In this document: positions 47,207 through 57,393 of the stretch, piece by piece
Layout: the number at the start of each line of letters is the position of its first letter
Numbering within the stretch: the first letter of the stretch is position 1
NCBI GenBank assembly: GCA_032122355.1
Contig: JAUMCS010000060.1
Span: 9,312-73,311, forward strand
DNA from: Burkholderiaceae bacterium
GTDB lineage: Bacteria > Pseudomonadota > Gammaproteobacteria > Burkholderiales > Burkholderiaceae_C
Length of the DNA stretch: 64,000 nt
Direction of reading: 5' to 3'
Notes under the pieces: generated by a model
Database searches by the model: none
Seen by the model: only the letters and a program-made list of their open reading frames with translations
What the model was told of the DNA's origin: nothing
Program-made: the position numbers and the translations under genes

Positions 47207-47262
47207 CTTGAAAACCGGCAACGGGAAACCGTTCGTGTGTTCGAATCTCACCGCTTCCGCCA
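47207..47262 (+). repeat. att-like direct repeat copy 3 (3' 56 nt of tRNA-Ser from the anticodon loop to CCA)
   Basis: CTTGAAAACCGGCAACGGGaAACCGTTCGTGtGTTCGAATCTCACCGCTTCCGCCA, with two mismatches to the intact tRNA. The downstream sequence differs from copies 1 and 2. Confidence 0.9.
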
Positions 47263-47289
47263 AAAATTGATCCCTACCGCAAGTTCCTT

Positions 47290-49107
47290 ATGACAATTGC
47301 TGGTTACCCTTACCTCGTCAATGACCCCCGCGCACTCAAAATGGCGCAGGCTATAGTAGAAGGTTTTAATCGACATTACTCCTTATTCCGACAAACTACG
47401 CGTGAGGCTCGTACTCGCTTTGAGCATGCGCTTTGGGCTGAACAACACCTGGCTCAACGCAACCGGATTGAGTTTTATGATGAACGTGTGCGTGAAACCT
47501 GCGCCCTACTAGAAGCCGAGTTTGCCGCCAGCCAATTGCCTATGGATGTATGGCAGCAAGTCAAACTGCACGTGATCGGTTTACTTACCAGCCATCTGCA
47601 ACCCGAGCTGGCTGAAACTTTTTTTAATTCGGTTACCACTAAAATTCTGCACCGCAGTTATTTCCATAACCACTTCATTTTTGTACGCCCAGCCATCTCC
47701 ACGGAGTACATTGAAAATGACGAACCCGGGGCACAACCCACCTACTGGGCTTACTACCCTTCTGTACATAATCTGCCGCAAACGTGGGCGCGTTTAATGC
47801 AGGCCTATAAACTACAACGGCCTTTTGTCGATTTAACCAGAGACGCCCATCGCATACACGAGGCAGTGATTAAACAAATGGGGGATTTTCGCGCCCGCCC
47901 CAATTTTCAAATTCAAGCACTATCTAACCTTTTTTTCCGCAATAAAGGTGCCTATGTGGTTGGCAAAGTGGTCAATGGGTACCGACAACTGCCCTTTGCG
48001 TTTTCCATCTTCCATAACCGCCAAGGCCAGCTTTATGTCGATGCCATTTTGTTTGGCATGGATGAGCTAGCCAGCTTATTCAGCTTTGCACGTTCGTATT
48101 TTCAAGTGGAAATGGATGTCCCATCGGCATACGTGCGATTTTTGCGCAGTTTGATGCCCGACAAACCGCGATCTGAAATTTATACCGCCTTGGGTTTGCA
48201 CAAACAAGGCAAAGCACTGTTCTACCGAGATTTTCTGGATCATTTGCGCCATAGCTCCGATTCATTTCGCATTTCACCCGGTATTCGTGGCATGGTGATG
48301 ATTGTATTCGACTTGCCCTCTTACCCCTATGTTTTCAAGGTGATCAAGGATTTCTTCCCCCCGCAAAAAGATACCTCGCGCGAACAAATCCAAAGCAAAT
48401 ATCGCCTTGTCAAACGTCACGACCGAGTGGGGCGCATGGCCGATACGGCGGAATACAGTGAAGTCGCTTTTCCTCTTGATCGTTTCGAACCCGACTTGGT
48501 GGAAGAAATTCGCCAATTTGCACCTTCGCAGCTAGAAATATCCGACCGCGACGGAAATGGTGAATTTGAGCTGATACTGAAGCATGTGTATATTGAAAGG
48601 CGCATGGTGCCCTTGAATATTTATCTGCAAGAATGCTTCGAGGCCGGGCCCCATGACACCAAAGCGCGACAAAGACTAGAGCGCGCCGTGATTGAATACG
48701 GCTATGCCATTAAAGAGCTGGTCGCAGCCAATATTTTCCCGGGTGATATGCTGTGGAAAAACTTCGGCGTGACCCGCTACGGCCGCGTGGTGTTTTATGA
48801 CTACGACGAAATCGAGTACATCACCGATTGTCACTTCCGCCGTGTACCCGCCCCCCGCACCCCGGAAGAGGAAATGTCGGGGGAAGTATGGTACCGCGTG
48901 GGGCCGAAAGATATTTTTCCGGAAACATTTGAGCCGTTTTTACTGGGCAACCCAGAGGTCAGGGAAGTATTCATGAAACATCATAGCGACTTGCTAGATG
49001 TCACTTTCTGGCAAAAGCATCAACAGCGTATTCAGGCAGGTGAATTGCATAATGTGTTACCTTACGATTCAGAAAAGCGCTTTTCTGTGATTTATGCAAA
49101 CACTTAG
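47290..49107 (+). CDS. aceK: isocitrate dehydrogenase kinase/phosphatase
   Basis: 605 aa. The N-terminal AQAIVEGFNRHYSLFRQ and overall length are typical of AceK. Confidence 0.9.
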   Translation: MTIAGYPYLVNDPRALKMAQAIVEGFNRHYSLFRQTTREARTRFEHALWAEQHLAQRNRIEFYDERVRETCALLEAEFAASQLPMDVWQQVKLHVIGLLTSHLQPELAETFFNSVTTKILHRSYFHNHFIFVRPAISTEYIENDEPGAQPTYWAYYPSVHNLPQTWARLMQAYKLQRPFVDLTRDAHRIHEAVIKQMGDFRARPNFQIQALSNLFFRNKGAYVVGKVVNGYRQLPFAFSIFHNRQGQLYVDAILFGMDELASLFSFARSYFQVEMDVPSAYVRFLRSLMPDKPRSEIYTALGLHKQGKALFYRDFLDHLRHSSDSFRISPGIRGMVMIVFDLPSYPYVFKVIKDFFPPQKDTSREQIQSKYRLVKRHDRVGRMADTAEYSEVAFPLDRFEPDLVEEIRQFAPSQLEISDRDGNGEFELILKHVYIERRMVPLNIYLQECFEAGPHDTKARQRLERAVIEYGYAIKELVAANIFPGDMLWKNFGVTRYGRVVFYDYDEIEYITDCHFRRVPAPRTPEEEMSGEVWYRVGPKDIFPETFEPFLLGNPEVREVFMKHHSDLLDVTFWQKHQQRIQAGELHNVLPYDSEKRFSVIYANT

Positions 49108-50458
49108 CGCGCGCAGTTTACAAGCCATCTGGCACCCCTGCACACAAATGCAGCGAGCCGCACAAGTGCCACCGCTGGCCATGGTACGCGGCCAAGGCCC
49201 ATGGTTATGGGATGACCATGGCAACCGGTACTTTGATGCCACCAGCTCATGGTGGGTGAATTTGTTTGGGCACAGTGACCCCGGTTTACAATCCGCCCTA
49301 GCAGCGCAATGGCAGCAGCTGCAGCATGTGATGCTGGCGGGCTGCACCCATGAAAGCGCCGTATTACTGGCCGAGCGCTTAAGTGCGCGAACAGGTGGCG
49401 CTTTAGGACACTTATTTTTTGCGAGTGATGGTGCCAGTGCAGTAGAAATTGCCCTCAAGCAAAGCATGCATGCTTGGCGCAACCAAGGTGATGTTCAGAA
49501 AACCGAATTTGTGTGTTTGCAAGGCGGCTACCACGGCGAAACTTTAGGTGCACTGGCCGTCACTGATGTGCCCGTTTTCAGAAGTGCCTATGCGCCGCTT
49601 TTAACGAAGGCACACATCGCGCCCTCGCCCGACTCGCGCCTGAACAATGAAGCGCAAGCGCTGGATGCCTTGCGCACCTTGCTAGAGCAGCGCCATGAGC
49701 ACATTGCCGCATTGATTCTTGAACCCCGCGTACAAGGGGCCTCAGGCATGGTGATGCACAGCGCACATTACTTGCGCCAGGTACGGCAACTGTGTACTCA
49801 AATGAATGTGCATTTGATCGCGGACGAAATCGCCGTAGGCTGCGGCCGCACCGGCACCTTTTTTGCCTGGGAATCCACATTGAAACCCGACTCCTTGGCA
49901 TCCGCCTGGCCCGATTTCTTACTGCTTTCCAAAGGCATCAGCGCAGGGGTATTGCCCTTATCATTGGTATTAACCACTGATGCAGTTTATAAAGCTTTCT
50001 GGAGCAATCAAACTGCACGCGGCTTCCTACACTCACACTCGTACAGCGGCAATGCCTTGGCATGTGCTGCGGCCAATTATGTTCTTGACCGCTTTGATCA
50101 AGGGCAGCTACAAAGCAACCAACGCCAAGCCAGGTACCTAGAACAAGCTTTTGCCCCCCTTCGCCAGCATCAGCGCATACAGCACTGGCGCCAATGCGGC
50201 ACGATTGTGGCCATGGATGTGGTTGATGCGGTTGATGAGCCGAATCAACCAGCGGGTTTATTTGCCGAACAATTTCATCTCAAAGCCCGTGAACAAGGTT
50301 TACTCATACGCCCCATTGGACATACCCTGTATCTCATGCCCCCTTATGTGGTCGATGAAGACTCTGCCGCTTTTTTAGCCCATGCCGTTGAGCTCACCCT
50401 CAACCAAATGCCGCACCGCACAACACCGCCCCAGCAAAAGGTGATGCATGTTGCTTGA
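49094..50458 (+). CDS. bioA: adenosylmethionine-8-amino-7-oxononanoate aminotransferase
   Basis: 454-aa class III aminotransferase with N-terminal IWHPCTQM, first gene of a bioAFDB cluster. Confidence 0.9.
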   Translation: MQTLSARSLQAIWHPCTQMQRAAQVPPLAMVRGQGPWLWDDHGNRYFDATSSWWVNLFGHSDPGLQSALAAQWQQLQHVMLAGCTHESAVLLAERLSARTGGALGHLFFASDGASAVEIALKQSMHAWRNQGDVQKTEFVCLQGGYHGETLGALAVTDVPVFRSAYAPLLTKAHIAPSPDSRLNNEAQALDALRTLLEQRHEHIAALILEPRVQGASGMVMHSAHYLRQVRQLCTQMNVHLIADEIAVGCGRTGTFFAWESTLKPDSLASAWPDFLLLSKGISAGVLPLSLVLTTDAVYKAFWSNQTARGFLHSHSYSGNALACAAANYVLDRFDQGQLQSNQRQARYLEQAFAPLRQHQRIQHWRQCGTIVAMDVVDAVDEPNQPAGLFAEQFHLKAREQGLLIRPIGHTLYLMPPYVVDEDSAAFLAHAVELTLNQMPHRTTPPQQKVMHVA

Positions 50459-51653
50459 ACGCGCCCAGCAGCGGCTTCAGGAAAAAGCCGATAGTGGTTT
50501 ACTGCGCCAATTGCGTATTCGGCAAACGCCGACATCACCGCACCAAAGCTTCTTTGCACACGATGGGGAACGTCAGTTACTGGGCTTTGCCTCGAATGAT
50601 TATTTGGGGCTTGCTCAACATCCGGCTGTGATCACAGCCCTGCAAGAGGGGGCGCAGCGATGGGGGGTGGGTGCGGGAGCTTCGCATTTGATCAGCGGCC
50701 ACACACAAGCCCACCAAGACCTAGAAAACAAACTTACCCATTGGTTTAAACCTTACATACCTCAGGTTGCGGCGCTGAGTTTCAGCACCGGCTACATGGC
50801 TAATATGGCCGTGCTCACCACCTTGGGTGAAGCCGATGCCCATATTTTTTCTGATGCACTCAATCATGCTTCATTGATTGATGGATGCCGTTTAGCGCGC
50901 GCCACCGTCAGTTGCTACGCACACCTCGACATCACTGATTTAGCCCATCAATTACAACAAAGTACCGCCCCGATCAAAATCATCGTCACGGATGGTGTTT
51001 TTAGCATGGACGGCGATTTGGCACCTCTGGCTGCCATGCTTGAATTGGCGCAAGCACATGATGCATACGTGATGGTAGATGATGCCCACGGCATCGGTGT
51101 GATCGGCACATTGGGGCGAGGGCTGATAGAACATGTTCAAGCACGAAGTGAACGCCTGATCTGGGTTGGCACGTTTGGTAAAGCAGTAGGCGTCGCTGGC
51201 GCTTTTGTGGCAGCCTGTCAGCCTATTGTTGATTGGATCATTCAAAGTGCCCGCAGCTACATTTACACCACCGCCAGCTTGCCCGCACAAGCGCAGGCAA
51301 TAAGCACCAGCCTAGATTGGATAGAAGGCCCATGGGGGCAGCAACAAAGGTTGTATTTACAAACCCTGATTACCTACTGGCAAGAGGGTTGGCGACGTTT
51401 AAAAGAGCAAAAACCCGATTGGCCTTGGCATATATTACCCAGCACTACGCCTATTCAACCTTTATGGGTAGGCGAGAACGACTCTGCTGTGAAACTGGCC
51501 CAGCATTTATATCATGAGGGTATACACATACCCGCCATACGCCCCCCTACAGTCGCGCCAGGACAAGCGCGTTTGCGGATCACACTCAGCGCTGCGCATC
51601 ACATCGCCGACATTGATGTACTCTTACAATCACTGAAACGCTTTACCTTTTAA
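50448..51653 (+). CDS. bioF: 8-amino-7-oxononanoate synthase
   Basis: 401-aa PLP-dependent acyltransferase pattern (FASNDYLGL ... GTFGKA), located between bioA and bioD. Confidence 0.9.
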   Translation: MLLERAQQRLQEKADSGLLRQLRIRQTPTSPHQSFFAHDGERQLLGFASNDYLGLAQHPAVITALQEGAQRWGVGAGASHLISGHTQAHQDLENKLTHWFKPYIPQVAALSFSTGYMANMAVLTTLGEADAHIFSDALNHASLIDGCRLARATVSCYAHLDITDLAHQLQQSTAPIKIIVTDGVFSMDGDLAPLAAMLELAQAHDAYVMVDDAHGIGVIGTLGRGLIEHVQARSERLIWVGTFGKAVGVAGAFVAACQPIVDWIIQSARSYIYTTASLPAQAQAISTSLDWIEGPWGQQQRLYLQTLITYWQEGWRRLKEQKPDWPWHILPSTTPIQPLWVGENDSAVKLAQHLYHEGIHIPAIRPPTVAPGQARLRITLSAAHHIADIDVLLQSLKRFTF

Positions 51654-51657
51654 TCCC

Positions 51658-52374
51658 ATGAGTCGCGCTTTATTCATCACTGGTACGGACACGGAAATTG
51701 GCAAAACGACCGCCACCGCTGCCTTGGCGCAAATAGCTCGTGCGGCGGGTTGGCACACCGTGGCACTGAAACCTATTGCCGCGGGCTTGCACCACGAAAA
51801 TGGCGAATGGCTTAACGATGATGTCGAAGCCTTGCGTGTTTCCAGCAGTGGAAAACCAGGGGCACATGAGATTTGCCCCTACACCCTCGAAGCTGCCTGT
51901 GCGCCCCATATTGCCGCTCAACTCGAAGGCCGATCGTTTGATCGCTTAAAACTCAAAAGCCACGTTGAGCAACATCGTGCGCAAGCTGATTTCACGCTGG
52001 TAGAGGGTGTGGGGGGCTTTTGTGTACCGCTGCAACCCCATTTCAGTACAGCCGATTGGGCTAAAGACCTGGGCTTAGAGGTCGTGCTCGTGGTGGGTTT
52101 GCGCTTAGGCTGCCTCAATCATGCGCTGCTGACAGCGCACTTTATCCGCACACAGGGATTACACCTGCGTGCCTGGATAGCCAATACACTACAAGCCGGT
52201 ATGCCCTATTTAGAGGACAATATCGCTTATTTACAATCCCACTTCCAGCAGCAAGGAGTAGCATACTGGGGCCAGCTTCCTCGACTCAAACACCGACCTG
52301 ATTCGCCGGATTTTCTACCGGAAGTCGCACCGCACTTATCTGCCTTTCATGATTGGCTTCAACACTCAGCCTAA
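51658..52374 (+). CDS. bioD: dethiobiotin synthase
   Basis: The N-terminal P-loop FITGTDTEIGKT is typical of BioD. Confidence 0.9.
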   Translation: MSRALFITGTDTEIGKTTATAALAQIARAAGWHTVALKPIAAGLHHENGEWLNDDVEALRVSSSGKPGAHEICPYTLEAACAPHIAAQLEGRSFDRLKLKSHVEQHRAQADFTLVEGVGGFCVPLQPHFSTADWAKDLGLEVVLVVGLRLGCLNHALLTAHFIRTQGLHLRAWIANTLQAGMPYLEDNIAYLQSHFQQQGVAYWGQLPRLKHRPDSPDFLPEVAPHLSAFHDWLQHSA

Positions 52375-52390
52375 CACTACTTGACAAACT

Positions 52391-53428
52391 ATGAATTCAC
52401 AATCCCATACATCTACCCCTTGCTCCGATGCGGTTATGCGCCAACCCACACAAACCTGGACGGTGGATACTGTTACAAAATTGTTAGAGCAACCCTTTAA
52501 TGATTTGCTATTTCAAGCACAAACAGTGCATCGCCAACATTTTGATGCCAATGCAGTGCAGCTTTCTACCCTGCTCTCCATCAAAACGGGTGGCTGCGAG
52601 GAGGACTGCAAGTATTGCCCGCAGTCAGCCCACTTCGAAACAGGCTTGAAGGCTGAGAAACTATTGCCCCTTGAAGCGGTACTAGAAGCGGCGCAAGCCG
52701 CTAAAGCCAGTGGAGCAAGCCGATTTTGTATGGGTGCGGCATGGCGCTCCCCCAAACCGCGCCACCTAGAGGCCATAAGCAGCATGATCAGCGGTGTTAA
52801 AGCTTTAGGGCTAGAAACCTGTCTCACCGCCGGTATGCTCGAAGAGGATCAAGCGCAACAATTGCGTGATGCCGGCCTAGACTACTACAACCACAACCTG
52901 GATACCGCACCGGAGTTCTATGGCCAAATCATCACCACACGCACCTATCAAGACCGGCTTGATACGCTTGATCGTGTCCGTGAGGCGGGCCTGAAGGTAT
53001 GCAGCGGCGGCATTGTGGGCATGGGCGAATCCCGTAGGCAACGCGCAGGGCTTTTGGTGCAACTGGCCAACTTAAATCCCTATCCTGAATCGGTTCCCAT
53101 CAATAACTTGGTGCAGGTTGAAGGAACTCCTTTGGCCGGCACGGCGGCACTCGACCCATTTGAATTTGTTCGTACCATTGCGGCGGCACGTATTACCATG
53201 CCACGGGCTATGGTACGACTGTCAGCCGGGCGTGAGACCATGGATGAGGCCTTGCAAGCACTGTGCTTTTTAGCCGGTGCCAATTCTATTTTTTATGGCG
53301 ATAAATTACTCACCACCGATAACCCGCAAGCTCAAACGGACCGCCGCTTGCTCGATCGTTTAGGCATCGTTTGCCGCACTGAACATGACATTACCACCCC
53401 CGCTGACGCTGATCACGTTCTGGTTTGA
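52391..53428 (+). CDS. bioB: biotin synthase (radical SAM)
   Basis: The CxxxCxxC motif ([13 protein letters not shown]) and length are typical of BioB. Confidence 0.95.
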   Translation: MNSQSHTSTPCSDAVMRQPTQTWTVDTVTKLLEQPFNDLLFQAQTVHRQHFDANAVQLSTLLSIKTGGCEEDCKYCPQSAHFETGLKAEKLLPLEAVLEAAQAAKASGASRFCMGAAWRSPKPRHLEAISSMISGVKALGLETCLTAGMLEEDQAQQLRDAGLDYYNHNLDTAPEFYGQIITTRTYQDRLDTLDRVREAGLKVCSGGIVGMGESRRQRAGLLVQLANLNPYPESVPINNLVQVEGTPLAGTAALDPFEFVRTIAAARITMPRAMVRLSAGRETMDEALQALCFLAGANSIFYGDKLLTTDNPQAQTDRRLLDRLGIVCRTEHDITTPADADHVLV

Positions 53429-53825
53429 CCCATCTGATGCAGCGTCATTAACGGCTTTTGAGCAACTACCCCTGCAATGGGAGGGGCAGTCTATTGCCGT
53501 GGATTACAAGCCCATTCTGGCTGCAGGTTTAAGGCTATGGCATGATCATCCATCCCTTGCCTTAAGCCAACTGGCCGGTTGGCCTTGGTTACGCTACTTA
53601 TTGGTTGCTTCGGCGGTTCAGGCAAATGGTCGGACTAATCGGCACTTAACAGAGGTTATCTTAAAAGACCGTCGCGTTCAGGATTTACCCCCCCCATCTT
53701 GGGCGGCAACCGCCGAAGATGATGAACTCATTTTGATGCGGGGAAAGGCGATCCTGAAAGAAGCCGTTCAGCGTTCTATCCAACAACTCCCCTGTGTGAC
53801 AAAGCGCAGTCATTCCTCTTTGTAA
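53385..53825 (+). CDS. hypothetical protein (possible short DsbA/HCCA-isomerase-like fragment)
   Basis: 146-aa ORF overlapping the bioB 3' end by 44 nt. The N-terminal [19 protein letters not shown] loosely resembles the start of DsbA-like isomerases but is much shorter. Weak call. Confidence 0.3.
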   Translation: MTLPPPLTLITFWFDPSDAASLTAFEQLPLQWEGQSIAVDYKPILAAGLRLWHDHPSLALSQLAGWPWLRYLLVASAVQANGRTNRHLTEVILKDRRVQDLPPPSWAATAEDDELILMRGKAILKEAVQRSIQQLPCVTKRSHSSL

Positions 53826-53834
53826 AGTGCAGCA

Positions 53835-54596
53835 CTAAGAACATAAAGCCATTTCAAAATCCACATCGTTTTGTGTGGGTTTATAACGCCCTTGGGCATC
53901 TGGTGTGAGCATTCTCAAGGAGAGCATCAAGCGGTGACCAGTGAATTCAGGGACGAACAGACTCCCCGCCGGCAGGGCTAATCGTACCAACTGTATACTG
54001 CGCCCTTGTGGTAGCGATTGCTGGAACTGACCCGACACTGCCACCAGACGCTTTGCTACGCCATTTTGGCGCATCAAGTCGAGTAACAAACCTACACAAT
54101 GGCTTACCGCAGCAAAAGGGGAATACCATTGCTGTAAATCTTCTTGACGCACTACTGTAGAACGATGCAACCAAGCATGATAAGTCGGTGCATCAAACTC
54201 AAAACATCCCCCGGGGATCATAGATCGGCCACGTATAGACATCAACCAATCATTACTTTGCAGTGATGCGCCAATTTTCCCCTCGAGTTGAGTTAAATCA
54301 GCCGCCACATGGGTGAGACTCTCTGTAATGCATAAAAGCGCAGCCTTATCAACAGCGGGATTATCGGATAGAGATAAAAAATAAGCCTTTTGCCGTTCGA
54401 TTTCTTTGAATAAATCACCCTTTAAATCACTGCGGGTACATACCTCTAGGATCTCAAACAGGGTCATCAGCGCATGGTGATGATCTAGACCATCCGTACG
54501 CTGCAACAGCAACCCAAAACGCACAAACAACTTCTCGAGCCGTAATGCGGTGCGTGCCGTTTCATTCAAAGGAAATTCGTAAAGAATCAAGGTCAA
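53835..54596 (-). CDS. zapD: cell division protein ZapD
   Basis: 253 aa with N-terminal ILYEFPLNETARTALRLEKLF, typical of ZapD/YacF, next to coaE. Confidence 0.85.
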   Translation of the reverse strand: MTLILYEFPLNETARTALRLEKLFVRFGLLLQRTDGLDHHHALMTLFEILEVCTRSDLKGDLFKEIERQKAYFLSLSDNPAVDKAALLCITESLTHVAADLTQLEGKIGASLQSNDWLMSIRGRSMIPGGCFEFDAPTYHAWLHRSTVVRQEDLQQWYSPFAAVSHCVGLLLDLMRQNGVAKRLVAVSGQFQQSLPQGRSIQLVRLALPAGSLFVPEFTGHRLMLSLRMLTPDAQGRYKPTQNDVDFEMALCS

Positions 54597-54626
54597 CTCA
54601 AATCTAATGCAGATAGACCTATTGTT

Positions 54627-55256
54627 TCACAAGCTTAGCCAATGATTCCAAATTTTTTCTACTAAAACCTGTAAATCTTGCTGAGATATACCCTGATTCC
54701 ATATCACATCATCGGCTATGGTCAAGCGTTGCTGTCGTGTAGATTGTTGTTGAATGACTTGACGAATTTGCTCATCAGGCCAGCCCGAACGTTCTCGCAC
54801 TCGCTGCACTTGTGTAGATACAGCACAATCCACCACTAAAATGCGATCCAAGCAAGCACGCCAATGGGCTGATTCAGCCAGTAAAGGAATGTCTACCACT
54901 ACGACCTGAGCGCCAGCGGCTCTCATTTGATACTGCGCCTCTTGCGTAATCAGGGGATGCAAAATGGCCTCTAACTGGGCTTTGATGCTCGGATTTTCAA
55001 ATGCCCATTGCCGCATCATGGGTCGATTCAAACTACCCTCCGAGGTCATGATAGCCTCACCCCAAACCTCGACTAAGGCGGGCATGGCCTTCCCGCCTGG
55101 CGATGTTAATTCTCGAGCAATTTCATCAAGATCAACCACCCGAGCGCCCAGCGATGCGAATAGCCGAGCTACCGTAGTTTTGCCGCTTCCGATGCCGCCC
55201 GTTAAGCCAATGCGCAAACCCGTTGCATGATGAGGCACAGCCAGCCCTTCTTGCAT
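54627..55256 (-). CDS. coaE: dephospho-CoA kinase
   Basis: P-loop GLTGGIGSGKTTVA, in the conserved pilD-coaE-zapD order. Confidence 0.9.
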   Translation of the reverse strand: MQEGLAVPHHATGLRIGLTGGIGSGKTTVARLFASLGARVVDLDEIARELTSPGGKAMPALVEVWGEAIMTSEGSLNRPMMRQWAFENPSIKAQLEAILHPLITQEAQYQMRAAGAQVVVVDIPLLAESAHWRACLDRILVVDCAVSTQVQRVRERSGWPDEQIRQVIQQQSTRQQRLTIADDVIWNQGISQQDLQVLVEKIWNHWLSL

Positions 55257-56194
55257 TAAGCCCAGCCCCAGAAACGCAAGATAAGGGTTTTATCCATAGC
55301 AAAAACGCACGCCGCTGCGCCCAACAAAAAAGGCCCAAAAGGCACGTAACGCCCCTCGCGCAGCGCCCCCGCCGCCTTCATTATCAAGCCCACTACCGCA
55401 CCCACCACCGAGGCCAATAACACCACTGGAAGCAGCATTTGCCAACCTAGCCAAGCACCAATAGCGGCCAATAACTTTAAGTCACCCCCTCCCATACCGA
55501 TTTGTCCGGTTAATAATCGGAAACCTTGAGCCACCACCCATAAACTCATATAACCCGCTACGGCACCTGCAATGGAAGACGATAATGGCACGGACCAACC
55601 CAATCCGGCTGCAATCAGCCCGCCCCACAGCAACGGGCCATTGAGGCTGTCGGGCAAAAAGGTGGTGTCCCAATCAATCAATGCCAAAGCCAAGGCCAAA
55701 GAGGCCACAGCACACCACATCAATGCCATCGGCTGCGCATCAAAACGCCAGCCTAAGGTTACAAACACACAGGCGGTAGTGATTTCGACCCACAAATATC
55801 TGACCGAGAAAGCCTTACCACAGGCAGAGCAACGCCCTCGCAAGCGCAACCAACCCCAAATCGGTATGTTCTCATACCAACGCAAAACATGGCCACAATG
55901 CATACAATGCGATGCAGGCTGCGCTAAACCCAAGGCAGGCCAAGCTGAGACGGCGGCTTGCAATCGCTCAGCGGTTCGAATCTGTTCTTGGGGTATGGCA
56001 GATTGCGCCCCAAAATGGCGCCGCCAGGAATCTTCATCGCTTAATTGGGCCGCGATATCCGCCCACCACTGACGCTCCATCATCAGCGGCAAACGCAGCA
56101 CCACGACATTGATAAAACTACCCACACACAAGCCCAATAGGGCCAAACCCCAAGGGCTTAACAGCCCATCTAACCCAATACCCAGCATACTCAT
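55256..56194 (-). CDS. pilD: prepilin peptidase / N-methyltransferase
   Basis: 312-aa polytopic protein with the Cys motifs CMHCGH...CSACG of A24 peptidases, downstream of pilC. Confidence 0.9.
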   Translation of the reverse strand: MSMLGIGLDGLLSPWGLALLGLCVGSFINVVVLRLPLMMERQWWADIAAQLSDEDSWRRHFGAQSAIPQEQIRTAERLQAAVSAWPALGLAQPASHCMHCGHVLRWYENIPIWGWLRLRGRCSACGKAFSVRYLWVEITTACVFVTLGWRFDAQPMALMWCAVASLALALALIDWDTTFLPDSLNGPLLWGGLIAAGLGWSVPLSSSIAGAVAGYMSLWVVAQGFRLLTGQIGMGGGDLKLLAAIGAWLGWQMLLPVVLLASVVGAVVGLIMKAAGALREGRYVPFGPFLLGAAACVFAMDKTLILRFWGWA

Positions 56195-57393
56195 ACCACC
56201 GAACCCAATTTAAAAATAGGTAAGTACATCGCCACGACAATGCCGCCAATCAACACACCCAAAATCACAATGATGAAAGGCTCTAGCAAGCTAGAAAGCC
56301 CCTTGACCATCTCGTCCACTTCTTCCTCAAAGAACTCAGCTGATTTTTCCAGCATTTGATCCAACGAGCCTGACTCTTCACCAATAGCCGTCATTTGCAA
56401 CACCATGGGGGGAAATTGAGCGGTTGATTGCATGGCTTTGTTCAAGGCAATACCGGCTGATACATCCCGACGAATCGCCTCAGTTGCATGGCGGAAAACG
56501 GCGTTACCTGCTGCCCCCGCCACCGATGTCAAAGCGTCGACCAAAGGAACGCCTGCTGCAAATAAAGTGGCTAGTGTACGAGCCCAGCGAGCAATGATGG
56601 CTTTCACCATCAAACGCCCGAACACGGGCAATCGCAACAAGCCCGCATCTACTTTATCTCGCATACTCGGTGAGCGCTGATAGCTCTTGATTATCAACAT
56701 CACCACCGCCCCTGCCCCCGCCAACAACAACCACCACCATTCAACAAAAAAAGCAGACATCGCCATCACCAGCAAGGTCAATGCGGGTAACTCAGCACCA
56801 AACGAGGCAAATACATCTTTGAACGCAGGTATTACAAAAATCATAATCACGGCCAAAACCAAAACTGCCACACCCAAAACCCCTGCAGGGTACATCAAAG
56901 CAGATTTCACCTTATTACGTAAGGCCAATGTTTTTTCTTCATATTCAGCCAAGCGCTTCAATAAGGTATCCAAAATACCGCCGGCCTCGCCAGCTGCAAC
57001 CAAATTGCAGTACAACTCATGGAAATACTGAGGATATCGCCGAAAAGCTACCGACAGCGGTGTACCCGTTTGCACATCACTACGAATATCGAGTAGCAAT
57101 TGCGACAAGCGCGGATTGGCACCACTTTGTGCGACGATTTCAAATGCTTGCAAAATCGGAACACCGGCTTGCATCATGGTGGCCAATTGACGTGTAAAAG
57201 TGGCGATATCTTTGCTCGTAATTTTTTTCTCAGGTGGTGCTGCACCTTTGGTTATGCGCTGCACCACAACCCCTTGACGCCTCAATACAGCTCTTGCGCT
57301 GGCGTAGTTAGTGCTGCGCAGCTCTCCGCTTAATGCTTGGCCCGTGCGGTCTTTTCCCGTCCACACAAAGCGATGTTGTTGAGCTTGTTTCAT
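56191..57393 (-). CDS. pilC: type IV pilus platform protein PilC
   Basis: 400-aa GspF-family protein between pilB and pilD. Confidence 0.9.
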   Translation of the reverse strand: MKQAQQHRFVWTGKDRTGQALSGELRSTNYASARAVLRRQGVVVQRITKGAAPPEKKITSKDIATFTRQLATMMQAGVPILQAFEIVAQSGANPRLSQLLLDIRSDVQTGTPLSVAFRRYPQYFHELYCNLVAAGEAGGILDTLLKRLAEYEEKTLALRNKVKSALMYPAGVLGVAVLVLAVIMIFVIPAFKDVFASFGAELPALTLLVMAMSAFFVEWWWLLLAGAGAVVMLIIKSYQRSPSMRDKVDAGLLRLPVFGRLMVKAIIARWARTLATLFAAGVPLVDALTSVAGAAGNAVFRHATEAIRRDVSAGIALNKAMQSTAQFPPMVLQMTAIGEESGSLDQMLEKSAEFFEEEVDEMVKGLSSLLEPFIIVILGVLIGGIVVAMYLPIFKLGSVV

